Of a stretch of 64,000 bases of DNA, positions 31,301 to 44,032 are shown piece after piece. The translations under genes and the position numbers were made by a program. Numbering within the stretch: the stretch's first letter is position 1; each line of letters starts with the position of its first letter. Origin of the DNA: Eledone cirrhosa (lineage: Eukaryota); the NCBI GenBank assembly GCA_964016885.1, contig OZ024745.1, forward strand, positions 98,394,001 through 98,458,000, read 5' to 3'. The notes under the pieces are model-generated. The model was given only the letters and a program-made list of their open reading frames with translations, did not search any database and was not told the DNA's origin.

Positions 31301-34300
31301 GTGGCACTAAGACTTCCAATAACATCATTACCAGTGGCACTAAGACTTCCAATAACATCATTACCAGTGGCACTAAGACTTCCAATAACATCATTACCAG
31401 TGGCACTAAGACTTCCAATAACATCATTACCAGTGGCACTAAGACTTCCAGCAACATCATTACCAGTGGCACTAAGACTTCCAACAACATCATTACCAGT
31501 GGCACTAAGACTTCCAGCAACATCATTACCAGTGGCACTAAGACTTCCAATAACATCATTACCAGTGGCACTAAGACTTCCAATAACATCATTACCAGTG
31601 GCACTAAGACTTCCAGCAACATCATTACCAGTGGCACTAAGACTTCCAACAACATCATTACCAGTGGCACTAAGACTTCCAGCAACATCATTACCAGTGG
31701 CACTAAGACTTCCAACAACATCATTACCAGTGGCACTAAGACTTCCATCAACATCATTACCAGTGGCACTAAGACTTCCAGCAACATCATTACCAGTGGC
31801 ACTAAGACTTCCAACAACATCATTACCAGTGGCACTAAGACTTCCAATAACATCATTACCAGTGGCACTAAGACTTCCAATAACATCATTACCAGTGGCA
31901 CTAAGACTTCCAGCAACATCATTACCAGTGGCACTAAGACTTCCAACAACATCATTACCAGTGGCACTAAGACTTCCAGCAACATCATTACCAGTGGCAC
32001 TAAGACTTCCAACAACATCATTACCAGTGGCACTAAGACTTCCAGCAACATCATTACCAGTGGCACTAAGACTTCCAGCAACATCATTACCAGTGGCACT
32101 AAGACTTCCAACAACATCATTACCAGTGGCACTAAGACTTCCAGCAACATCATTACCAGTGGCACTAAGACTTCCAACAACATCATTACCAGTGGCACTA
32201 AGACTTCCAGCAACATCATTACCAGTGGCACTAAGACTTCCAGCAACATCATTACCAGTGGCACTAAGACTTCCAATAACATCATTACCAGTGGCACTAA
32301 GACTTCCAGCAACATCATTACCAGTGGCTCTAAGACTTCCAACAACATCATTACCAGTGGCACTAAGACTTCCAGCAACATCATTACCAGTGGCACTAAG
32401 ACTTCCAACAACATCATTACCAGTGGCACTAAGACTTCCAGCAACATCATTACCAGTGGCACTAAGACTTCCAATAACATCATTACCAGTGGCACTAAGA
32501 CTTCCAACAACATCATTACCAGTGGCACTAAGACTTTCAACAACACCATTACCAGTGGCACTAAGACTTCCAATAACATCATTACCAGTGGCACTAAGAC
32601 TTCCAACAACATCATTACCAGTGGCACTAAGACTTCCAGCAACATCATTACCAGTGGCACTAAGACTTCCAACAACATCATTACCAGTGGCACTAAGACT
32701 TCCAACAACATCATTACCAGTGGCACTAAGACTTCCAGCAACATCATTACCAGTGGCACTAAGACTTCCAACAACATCATTACCAGTGGCACTAAGACTT
32801 CCAACAACATCATTACCAGTGGCACTAAGACTTCCAGCAACATCATTACCAGTGGCACTAAGACTTCCAACAACATCATTACCAGTGGCACTAAGACTTC
32901 CAGCAACATCATTACCAGTGGCACTAAGACTTCCAATAACATCATTACCAGTGGAACTAAGACTTCCAACAACATCATTACCAGTAGCACTAAGACCTCC
33001 AACAACATCATTACCAGTGACACTAAGACATCCAACAACATCATTACCAGTGGCACTAAGACTTCCAATAACATCATTACCGGTAACACTAAGACTTCCA
33101 ACAACATCATTACCAGTGACACTAAGACTTCCAATAACATCATTACCAGTGGCACTAAGACTTCCAATAACATCATTACCAGTGGCACTAAGACTTCCAA
33201 TAACATCATTACCAGTGGCACTAAGACTTCCAATAACATCATTACCAGTGGCACTAAGACTTCCAATAACATCATTACCAGTGGCACTAAGACTTCCAAT
33301 AACATCATTACCAGTGGCACTAAGACTTCCAGCAACATCATTACCAGTGGCACTAAGACTTCCAATAACATCATTACCAGTGGCACTAAGACTTCCAATA
33401 ACATCATTACCAGTGACACTAAGACATCCAACAACATCATTACCAGTGGAACTAAGACTTCCAACAACATCATTACCAGTGGCACTAAGACCTCCAATAA
33501 CATCATTACCAGTGGCACTAAGACTTCCAATAACATCATTACCGGTGGAACTAAGACTTCCAACAACATCATTACCAGTGGCACTAAGACCTCCAATAAC
33601 ATCATTACCAGTGGCACTAAGACTTCCAACAACATCATTACCAGTGACACTAAGACATCCAACAACACCATTACCAGTGGCACTAAGACTTCCAACAACA
33701 TCATTACCAGTGGCACTAAGACTTCCAGCAACATCATTACCAGTGGCACTAAGACTTCCAGCAACATCATTACCAGTGGCACTAAGACTTCCAGCAACAT
33801 CATTACCAGTGGCACTAAGACTTCCAACAACATCATTACCAGTGGCACTAAGACTTCCAGCAACATCATTACCAGTGGCACTAAGACTTCCAGCAACATC
33901 ATTACCAGTGGCACTAAGACTTCCAACAACATCATTACCAGTGGCACTAAGACTTCCAGCAACATCATTACCAGTGGCACTAAGACTTCCAGCAACATCA
34001 TTACCAGTGGCACTAAGACTTCCAACAACATCATTACCAGTGGCACTAAGACTTCCAGCAACATCATTACCAGTGGCACTAAGACTTCCAGCAACATCAT
34101 TACCAGTGGCACTAAGACTTCCAGCAACATCATTACCAGTGGCACTAAGACTTCCAACAACATCATTACCAGTGGCACTAAGACTTCCAGCAACATCATT
34201 ACCAGTGGCACTAAGACTTCCAGCAACATCATTACCAGTGGCACTAAGACTTCCAGCAACATCATTACCAGTGGCACTAAGACTTCCAACAACATCATTA

Positions 34301-36649
34301 CCAGTGGCACTAAGACTTCCAGCAACATCATTACCAGTGGCACTAAGACTTCCAATAACATCATTACCAGTGGCACTAAGACTTCCAGCAACATCATTAC
34401 CAGTGGCACTAAGACTTCCAACAACATCATTACCAGTGGCACTAAGACTTCCAGCAACATCATTACCAGTGGCACTAAGACTTCCAACAACATCATTACC
34501 AGTGGCACTAAGACTTCCAGCAACATCATTACCAGTGGCACTAAGACTTCCAACAACATCATTACCAGTGGCACTAAGACCTCCAATAACATCATTACCA
34601 GTGGCACTAAGACTTCCAGCAACATCATTACCAGTGGCACTAAGACTTCCAGCAACATCATTACCAGTGGCACTAAGACTTCCAGCAACATCATTACCAG
34701 TGGCACTAAGACTTCCAACAACATCATTACCAGTGGCACTAAGACCTCCAATAACATCATTACCAGTGGCACTAAGACTTCCAACAACATCATTACCAGT
34801 GGCACTAAGACTTCCAGCAACATCATTACCAGTGGCACTAAGACTTCCAATAACATCATTACCAGTGGCACTAAGACCTCCAATAACATCATTACCAGTG
34901 GCACTAAGACTTCCAGCAACATCATTACCAGTGGCACTAAGACTTCCAACAACATCATTACCAGTGGAACTAAGACTTCCAACAACATCATTACCAGTAG
35001 CACTAAGACCTCCAATAACATCATTACCAGTGGCACTAAGACTTCCAACAACATCATTACCAGTGGCACTAAGACTTCCAACAACATCATTACCAGTAGC
35101 ACTAAGACCTCCAATAACATCATTACCAGTGGCACTAAGACTTCCAACAACATCATTACCAGTGGAACTAAGACTTCCAACAACATCATTACCAGTAGCA
35201 CTAAGACTTCCAACAACATCATTACCAGTGGCACTAAGACTTCCAGCAACATCATTACCAGTGGCACTAAGACTTCCAATAACATCATTACCAGTGGAAC
35301 TAAGACTTCCAACAACATCATTACCAGTAGCACTAAGACCTCCAATAACATCATTACCAGTGGCACTAAGACTTCCAACAACATCATTACCAGTGGCACT
35401 AAGACTTCCAACAACATCATTACCAGTAGCACTAAGACCTCCAATAACATCATTACCAGTGGCACTAAGACTTCCAGCAACATCATTACCAGTGGCACTA
35501 AGACTTCCAACAACATCATTACCAGTGGAACTAAGACTTCCAACAACATCATTACCAGTAGCACTAAGACCTCCAATAACATCATTACCAGTGGCACTAA
35601 GACTTCCAACAACATCATTACCAGTGGCACTAAGACTTCCAACAACATCATTGCCAGTAGCACTAAGACCTCCAATAACATCATTACCAGTGGCACTAAG
35701 ACTTCCAACAACATCATTACCAGTGGAACTAAGACTTCCAACAACATCATTACCAGTAGCACTAAGACTTCCAACAACATCATTACCAGTGGCACTAAGA
35801 CTTCCAGCAACATCATTACCAGTGGCACTAAGACTTCCAATAACATCATTACCAGTGGAACTAAGACTTCCAACAACATCATTACCAGTAGCACTAAGAC
35901 CTCCAATAACATCATTACCAGTGGCACTAAGACTTCCAACAACATCATTACCAGTGGCACTAAGACTTCCAACAACATCATTACCAGTAGCACTAAGACC
36001 TCCAATAACATCATTACCAGTGGCACTAAGACTTCCAGCAACATCATTACCAGTGGCACTAAGACTTCCAACAACATCATTACCAGTGGAACTAAGACTT
36101 CCAACAACATCATTACCAGTAGCACTAAGACCTCCAATAACATCATTACCAGTGGCACTAAGACTTCCAACAACATCATTACCAGTGGCACTAAGACTTC
36201 CAACAACATCATTACCAGTAGCACTAAGACCTCCAATAACATCATTACCAGTGGCACTAAGACTTCCAACAACATCATTACCAGTGGAACTAAGACTTCC
36301 AACAACATCATTACCAGTAGCACTAAGACTTCCAACAACATCATTACCAGTGGCACTAAGACTTCCAGCAACATCATTACCAGTGGCACTAAGACTTCCA
36401 ACAACATCATTACCAGTGGAACTAAGACTTCCAACAACATCATTACCAGTGGCACTAAGACTTCCAGCAACATCATTACCAGTGGCACTAAGACTTCCAA
36501 CAACATCATTACCAGTGGCACTAAGACCTCCAATAACATCATTACCAGTGGCACTAAGACTTCCAGCAACATCATTACCAGTGGCACTAAGACTTCCAAC
36601 AACATCATTACCAGTGGCACTAAGACTTCTACATCATCATTACCAGTAA
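19376..36649 (+). CDS. Candidate giant mucin-like repeat exon: (TNTTNNTTT)n followed by an 11-aa repeat; interrupted in this assembly by three clustered indels
   Basis: The frame opens at 19376 (possible acceptor ACACAG| at 19380) and is stop-free to 27763. Indels at about 27746 (+1), 27882 (-2) and 28079 (+1) sum to zero. The same frame resumes and reads through the junction (TSTRINKTPAAQRL) to the stop at 36649. No ATG and no non-repetitive domain is seen. Confidence 0.25.
19388..28972 (+). repeat. 27-bp minisatellite array ACTAA(T/G)ACTACCAACAACACTAC(C/A)ACT, about 350 units
   Basis: Units are 27 or 33 bp. Diagnostic variants recur at 3333-bp and 519-bp spacing. Confidence 0.97.
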
Positions 36650-36845
36650 CACTAAGACTTCCAACAACATCATTACCAGTGGAACTAAGACTTCCAACAA
36701 CATCATTACCAGTGGCACTAAGACCTCCAACAACATCATTTCCACTAGCACTAAGACATCTACGCATCATTACCAGTAGCACTAAGACATCTACACATCA
36801 TTACCAGTAGCACTAAGACATCTACACATCATTACCAGTAGCATT
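29000..36845 (+). repeat. 33-bp minisatellite array ACCAGTGGCACTAAGACTTCCA(AC/AT/GC)AACATCATT, about 237 units
   Basis: Highly homogeneous, with 1584-bp (48-unit) and 561-bp (17-unit) higher-order periodicities. The last units are degenerate. Confidence 0.97.
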
Positions 36846-37184
36846 AACACTTTCATTCACTCATCACTGTAACTGACACATACAAGGTGTGTGTGTGTGT
36901 TTCCAAGGTTCGTAAATAGTTAGTAACGAATCATTGGATGAAGTTGTTTCGTCTTTGTTATGTAGAAAGAAATCCAAACGATATATATGCTGTCTTGGCT
37001 ATGTGATTAATATAAGACTTCATCGAAAGATTACCTGTGATTGATTTGATCAAACAATGGTATCATAGGAGAAAGCATTCACTACTACAGACAGTGACGA
37101 CACAGTATAATATGACGAATACTTAATTAATTTATAAAGCTGAGCCTGAATAATGGCCTTGGAGATGTTAATGAGAATAGACAG

Positions 37185-37370
37185 GATATTACTGAAGGAC
37201 ATATATATTATAGACAAAGGTTTATCATTACAGAAGGAGATATATACATTATAGACGTATGTTTATCATTACTGAAGATATATACATTATAGATGTATGT
37301 TTATCATTACTGAAGGATATATATATATATATATATTATAGATACAGGTTTATCATTACTGAATGATATA
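37185..37370. repeat. About 34-bp minisatellite (GTTTATCATTACTGAAGGATATATATATTATAGA), continuing at 38582-38640
   Basis: Five to six units, split by the Helitron insertion. Confidence 0.8.
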
Positions 37371-38581
37371 TCTATATTATAAAGCTGACGGCCGTATGTA
37401 TGTAACAAACCTTTCGCCAAACGGCTGGACCAAACAGCACCAAATTTGCACCATAGATGTAACTTTTTCCAAGTAAGAAAGTGAGCGTATTTTTGTCTTC
37501 TAAATTTCGTTAAAAGATTAAAGATATTTTATCGTTTATTTAAATATTCACATCTTTAAAATTTTCAAATGTCAACACTTCCGGTTATACGACATTCCTC
37601 TCTCTTTCTTAGTCTGTCTTTTTAGATAGATACGTAGCTATAACGTCGCGCCCTTATAATATGTCTCTGTATGTCTGCTGTCTACATTAGATACATAGCT
37701 GTAACGTCACACGCTTATAATATCTGCCTGTCTTCACGAACCAAAGTATCGTCTTCTTATTTTCCTTCGGTTGCAACGTTTTTCGAAATATTTAATTCTG
37801 CGTTCATAGATTGATTTTTTTAGTTTCAGAAGATCCCGTTATGGGTGAAAGCAGCGATTCTTTGCTTAAACTTTAATCTGCTATTTAAATATATATATAT
37901 ATATAATTATATATTCATGTACAGATTTTTTGCATACACAAAAACAAAATATAAACAAACGTATTTATTTCACGAAAGCACAGACGGCTTGTCGTCATTG
38001 TTACTGCCGATTTGCCACCCAAAAAGTCCCAGCCTGGCCGCAAGATCAGATTTTCCAGAAGAAAAAATGTTACTAGAGCAACAGAGAGACTAAGCTTCGC
38101 GATTACCATCAACAAAGCTCATGGTCAAAAGTGGCTGGCCTTCATCTGGGAAAACCATGCTTCTCCCATGGTCAATTGTATGTAGGATGCTCTAGGGTGA
38201 ACTCGCCAAACAATCTCTTCATCTTTGCTCCCGAGGGCCGAACAAAAGATATTGTATACTCTGAGACTCTAACAATGTAATTTATGTATTTTCTGTTACT
38301 TGGAATTTCCATTATGGTTGTACAAATTATTGTAAAGTTTGTTAAAAAATATGTTCTCTGTTCAGCCTTTATTGTTGTAACTATCAATTTTCTTTAACGT
38401 ACTGGCTGCTGAACTGGGGAATCCTAAAACCTATTCAAACCCAACATCAGAGCACGTTAACACCCAGCCCTCGCTGACTTGAGAGGGCGTGCGGTATCTT
38501 TGCACCGGAGTGGAGGTGGGAATCCTGAAAAGATAAAATGCCGGTATACCTAACCGAGCGCCAGCCGGACGGGCCACGTAG
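37371..38581 (+). mobile_element. Non-autonomous Helitron with Pif1 helicase C-terminal remnant
   Basis: A|TCTATATTATAAAGCTGA 5' end. 38085-38280 encodes FAITINKAHGQ..VAGLHLGKPCFSHGQLYVGCSRV...TKDIVYSE (Pif1 motifs V/VI, frameshifted). GC-rich subterminal hairpin followed by CGTAG|T. Inserted between A and T with no TSD. Confidence 0.88.
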
Positions 38582-38649
38582 TATATATATATTATCGACA
38601 TAGGTTTATCTTTACTGAAGGATATATATATTATCATTATCAGTGGAAA

Positions 38650-38842
38650 AATAACTGTTTCTACTTTTGGCACAAGGCCAGCAATTACTCCATTGCATTA
38701 CTGGTGCTTTATTTTATCGACTGATAAGGATGAAAGGCAAAGCTAAACTCGGCAAGATTTGAATTCAGAACGTAAAGGGCCATAACTCTATGCTGCAAAG
38801 CATGGTGTCCGACGCTTTACCGATACTGCCAATCCACTGCCG
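38650..38842 (-). mobile_element. tRNA-derived SINE
   Basis: Reverse complement of the family consensus, nearly full length. Confidence 0.88.
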
Positions 38843-39164
38843 CTATTAATTTGTTTAAGATAAGTTTAGTTTCTCATTGTGTTTATTACTTATGCGCTCA
38901 AGAATAGATATTTACAAAATATATTCTGCAGTGGGGTGTATATGCAACGGCATGTCATAACTTTCTACACCAGTATAAAGATTTACATACATGTATGTAT
39001 GTATGTATGTATGTATGTATGTATGTATGTATGTATGTATGTATGTATGTATGTATGCATGAATGTATGTATGTACGTTCGTAAGTACGTAGGTATGTAA
39101 GTATGTATGAATATATGTATGTACGTAGGTAAGTAGGTACGTAGCTATGCGCTTATACCGGTAC

Positions 39165-39195
<31 letters not shown>

Positions 39196-39273
39196 TGTAT
39201 GTATGTATATCTGTCTGTATGTATGTATGTATGTATGTATGTATGTATGTATGTATGTATGTATGTATGTATG

Positions 39274-42200
39274 TTCTTCTGGTTTTATAATTTCACAAAT
39301 GTTTACCAATAGAGAGAGAGTCGGTTTCTAACATAGACACAAGACTCTCTCATTGGAATTTGCACAACATCAACTAGGTAGATATGTATGTATGCATGTG
39401 TAGATATGGGTGTTATGGTATGTGTGGATGTGGATGTTTCGAGTTGTATGTGTGCATGTGTATATGCTTTGTATCTGTACATGTGTATATGCAGTTATTA
39501 GATGCAAAACTTTTGGAATGTTTTACATATTTTTACTGTTCAATTTATGGATTGTACTTGCAATTTCCTAACTAGTTGTGTTCTTTCTGTTCCTGTGAAG
39601 CCTAGCTTCTCAAGATTTGTATTGAGGAAGTTACTAACATACCCCAGTGCCCCAATACTCACAGGCATAAATCTGAAGGTATAATCAGGGTGGAGTATCT
39701 GTAAATTTCTCATCAGTTCTGCATAAATATTCTCCTTTTCGCTAATCTTTGATATTATATTGGCATCTGCTGGGCAGCTAATTTCCACTACTGTGCATGT
39801 TTTCTTCTGCCTGTCCCATATCATAATATCTGGTCTGTTATGCCTGCATTTTATTGGGGTTTTTACTGGAACATTCCACCAGTACTCTTTCATATTATGT
39901 ATATGTACGTCTTCCACATTGCTGTAGCTTTTAATGTGTTTATTATCAGGGCTATCATTTCTATGGATTGCATTGTACAGTGTTTTGGCCACTACATCAT
40001 GCCTCATAGGTAGATAGTACCGCGATGACATCTTTGGACAGCTGCTGATGACATGGGTGACATCTTCGATGTTAATTCTCCAGAGTCTGCACTTGTTATC
40101 ACATCTAGGTGTTTTGCCTGCATCCCTATCTCTTTTGTGATTCAGGTATTTCGTGTTGATTTCTTGTTCTTGGATTGCAAAAGCGTGTCCTTCAAAGTGG
40201 GAGCCAATATAGCGGTTGTTGGTCCAAGATAGACTACTTTCTTCATCTATATTACTCTCACTCTGGAGCTTCCTGGCAACATATCCGTGCATGATTTTTT
40301 GCTGACAAGCATGCAGTTTTTCATCCATGGATTCACTGCGATACTGCTGAGCGACTTCCCTGGGTGTGAGTTTTTGATTATCACACAGGGAATACCTCTC
40401 GAGGAGTTCCTTCCCAACTCACATGATCTTATATGTTTCATGTAGATAGACTTGCTCGAGAGACGGGCTCCTACGCTTTGAGGTTCGTAGATCTTGTCGG
40501 AGGGATATAATGCAACATTCAAATGCTGTCTGGACTGATGTTAGGCCTCTGCTTCCTCGCTTACGTTTCAAGTAAAGGCGGTCTATGTCACTGTTGATGT
40601 GGAAGTTTCCGGTGTTGTTTAGTATTTTTCGAGTTCTAACATCAACTGCTCGGATTTCGTCTATCGTCCAATTGAGTATTCCAAAAGTTGGTGTTAGGAC
40701 AGGCACAGCAAACACATTGTGAGCCACTGTTTTGTTTTATGCAGAGAGTTCCGATGACCATATCTTTCTTTATCGTGTATAGTATTCCCTGGTTACGGGT
40801 TCCTTATTACAGATACCATTATATGATATGTTCTCATCTATCCCCAGGTATCTGTAGCAGTCCTCATCAGATATTGGTGAAACAGTTAGGCCATTGATAC
40901 AAATGTTGCTAGATTGGGTTGTTGTTTTTCCCCGCTTTACAGTCATATATGAGCATTTATCTTGGCCAAACTCCATTCCTATATCCTTTGAGAATGTAAC
41001 CAGGTCAAGATTTTTCTTCATCCCATCCATGTTCTTGGCATAGAGTTTCAGATCGTCCACAAAGAAATTATGGGTTAGGTTCGTATTTCTGTCCTACTGT
41101 GAGCCAATGATGTATCCTTCACATTTATTTAGCAGAAAGGACTAGGGGTTTAATGACAAGATGAATAATATCACAGAGAGACTGTCTCCCTGAAATATAC
41201 CCCTGCGATATTTTATTTTATTTAAAAGAATCAATCTGTGAACGCAGAAGTAAATATTTTGAGAAACGTTACACACTATGTATATATATATATACACACA
41301 CGCTATATATACATATACACACACACACAGAGATAGTTTCATAATGTCGTAATGCAGACAGCTAGACATACAGACAGATATTATAAGGACGCGAAGTAAT
41401 AGCTATGTATCTATCTAAAAAGACAGACTAAGAAAGACCGAGAAAGATCGCAAAACGGCGCCTAATGCGGCCCTAAGGGCATTGAAAATTTGAAATACTT
41501 TATTCTCAAAACACTCACACGACCATAAGTATTACATGTGTAAAGTTTGAAAAAAGTCGGTTATCACTGTCGTTGCTAGGGCCTATAAACAGGCGTTGAT
41601 TTGCCAAAATGTTTGGGTTTTTATTCGTCGTAAATATTCATCCCCTATTTCGTCAATAACACGTAATATTTCATTATTTGGTTTTACATTAAATATTGTT
41701 GTTTTAATACGTTCAGCAAGAGAAATGTTTATACATGAATTAATTTCTCTCTGGAAGATTTCGATGAGGGAAATTTTCAATTGTTTATACTTTTGATTAT
41801 TATCTTTATCGATAGTATTTTCCACAATAGTCGAGGTAGACTCGGATGGTACACGGGGTGTCAAATTTCTTCGATTATTATTATTATTATTTCTTCGATT
41901 ATTATTATTATCGATAGTGTTTTCCCCAGCATTCGAGGTAGACTTAGATGGTACACGTGGTGTCAAATTTCTTACAGGCATAGTTGTTTCAAGGTACTGT
42001 TCGACCTGGCTGCCAGGAAGTCTAGTAGCATGATGACCTGTAGCACGTGTTGTTGATTCCATGTTTTTTGTGGGGGACTTACAATTAATAATATTTATCT
42101 TATTTTTACGTTCAACAAACGTCGCTTGTTGGCGTAATTGTTTCGCTGTGAAGTGATTTAGTTTTGGGTGTATTTCGTCCCAGTGTAGCTTCATTCTATT

Positions 42201-42323
42201 CATATAGCCAATGGAGGGATTGTTTTTTTGCCATTTTATAACAATTAAATGAATCATCATTAAGTTCGCAACTCCAAGAGAAATGCGATTTATAATTTCG
42301 GTTTCTTCTGTAACTACAACTGA

Positions 42324-42324
<1 letters not shown>
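39274..42324 (-). mobile_element. Dong/R4-clade non-LTR retrotransposon (RT plus CCHC-RLE), internally deleted and decayed
   Basis: N-terminal IGYMNRMKLHWDEIHP..QLRQQA; RT motifs GIFQGDSLS and FVDDLKLYA, then YRYLGI; zinc knuckle CRLW..EDVTHVISSC, RHD, and RLE NRPDIMIWDR..VVEISCP. (TATG)n lies on both flanks. Confidence 0.92.
41215..41582 (-). mobile_element. Helitron-family fragment nested in the Dong element
   Basis: Reverse complement matches internal segments at 37600-37830 and 55560-55830. Confidence 0.75.
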
Positions 42325-42354
<30 letters not shown>

Positions 42355-42399
42355 TGTATGTATGTATGTATGTATGTATGTATGTATGTATGTATGTAT

Positions 42400-42758
42400 G
42401 GCAGAATTCTAGGAGAAGGAAAATCTTATATAACACCTGCAACCCTGATGGTATCCAATGATGTTGACTTGTTCTTCTTTTTGGTAAATATCATCTTGGT
42501 TAAGAGAGTGTGACTGGCTTTGTGCAGTGCCTTTGCTCACTATAAAAGCTTCACGGCACAGACATTGCTTTATATCTCGAGATCTCTCTGCTCTTGTCGT
42601 CACATGTGTCAATGATTGTCACAAGTGGAGTGTTTCTACCAGAGTTTTCAAGTCGCTGGCTGGACTAAAAAGTCACACTCGTTCAGCGCATCGGTAGGGG
42701 TTCTCGTACATGGATATAAAGTAGTGGCCGTACTCGAAAACGAGTTGGCAGCCACCAT
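42400..42758 (+). mobile_element. Non-autonomous RTE-derived element, copy 3 (5'-truncated)
   Basis: Matches 11582-11963 and has (TATG)n on both sides. Confidence 0.88.
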
Positions 42759-43024
42759 GTATGTATGTATGTATGCATGTATGTATGTATGAGTGTTATT
42801 AGTTCTTCATATTTGATATGAAACAAATCTATTAATATTTCAAGACATTTACAACCTCATCTTCAAAGTAAGAATGATAATATTAGTGACGTATTGTTTA
42901 AGTGTATTGCAATAGTCGCAAAGGATCACGGGAATACTAGTAAATCATATGAATAATGGATTTTAAAATTATTCCATGGTTGAAGTCTGATTATTTATAT
43001 AATTAATCTCAAATATGCGGTAAC

Positions 43025-43775
43025 TGTGTATTATATTTTGATATGGGCAGTGGATTGGCAGAATCGGTTCAAATTCCGCCGAGGTTAGCTTTGCGTTTCA
43101 TTCTTACAGGGTCGATTTAATCGACTTTCCCCTCCCTCAAAATTGTTGGCCTTATGCCTAAATCAGAAGCCATTATATTGGGGGATTGGCAGGATCGGTA
43201 AAAGGTCGGACGCCATGCTTTGCAACATAGAGTTACGCCCTTCTATAGTCTGAGTTAAAATCCCGCCGAGGTTTACTGTGCCTTTCATCATTACGGGGTC
43301 GATAAAATAAAGGACCAGTAATGCACTGGGATAATTGCTGGCCTTGTGCCAAAAGTAGAAACAATTATATTATATTTTTAAGGCGGGGGATTGGCAGAAT
43401 CGGTAAAGCGTTGGACAACTTGCTTTGCGGCATAGAGTTATGGCACTTTACGATCTGAATTCAAATCCCGCCGAGGCTAGCTTTGCCTCTGATCCTTACG
43501 GGGTCTATAAAATAAAGTACCAGTAATGCACTGGGATAATTGCTGGCCTTGTGCCAAAAGTAGAAACAATTATATTATATTTTTAAGGCGGGGGATTGGC
43601 AGAATCGGTAAAGCGTTGGACAACTTGCTTTGCGGCATAGAGTTATGGCACTTTACGATCTGAATTCAAATCCCGCCGAGGCTAGCTTTGCCTCTGATCC
43701 TTACGGGGTCTATAAAATAAAGTACCAGTAATGCACTGGGTAATTGCTGGCCTTGTGCAAAAAGTAGAAAAAATT
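43025..43775 (+). mobile_element. Head-to-tail cluster of four SINE copies
   Basis: Copies start at about 43025, 43180, 43381 and 43586. The last two are a near-exact 205-bp tandem duplication. Confidence 0.9.
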
Positions 43776-44032
43776 ATATTATATGTTGATATTTGTAAAG
43801 CTTCCATAGCAAATTTTCTTGTTTTTATTTGTTGACAGTTTAAAGACTTCAAACATTAAAAATTTATCCTTCGTATGACACAGCCTTATCACACACACTA
43901 TCCAATGGGATATGTAGGCACATTTTTGCCCCATTTTCCCTCCTTTTTTAACCGGATACAGACTTCTTGGAGTCACATACTGGCGGTGAACATTAAGTTG
44001 TGAAGGAGTATGCTGTGTAGCTTAGAGAATAA

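Noticed and set aside
19342-36782. 2,000-2,800-aa poly-Val/Leu, GSISSGSVV, LLILPTT and VLVPLVMMLLE ORFs
   Set aside because: These are alternative or antisense frames of the tandem arrays. They are open because of unit composition and give implausible proteins. Only the Thr/Asn frame is kept, as a low-confidence candidate.
29000-36845. CRISPR-like regular 33-bp repeats
   Set aside because: The repeats are head-to-tail with no unique spacers, there are no cas genes, and the context is eukaryotic.
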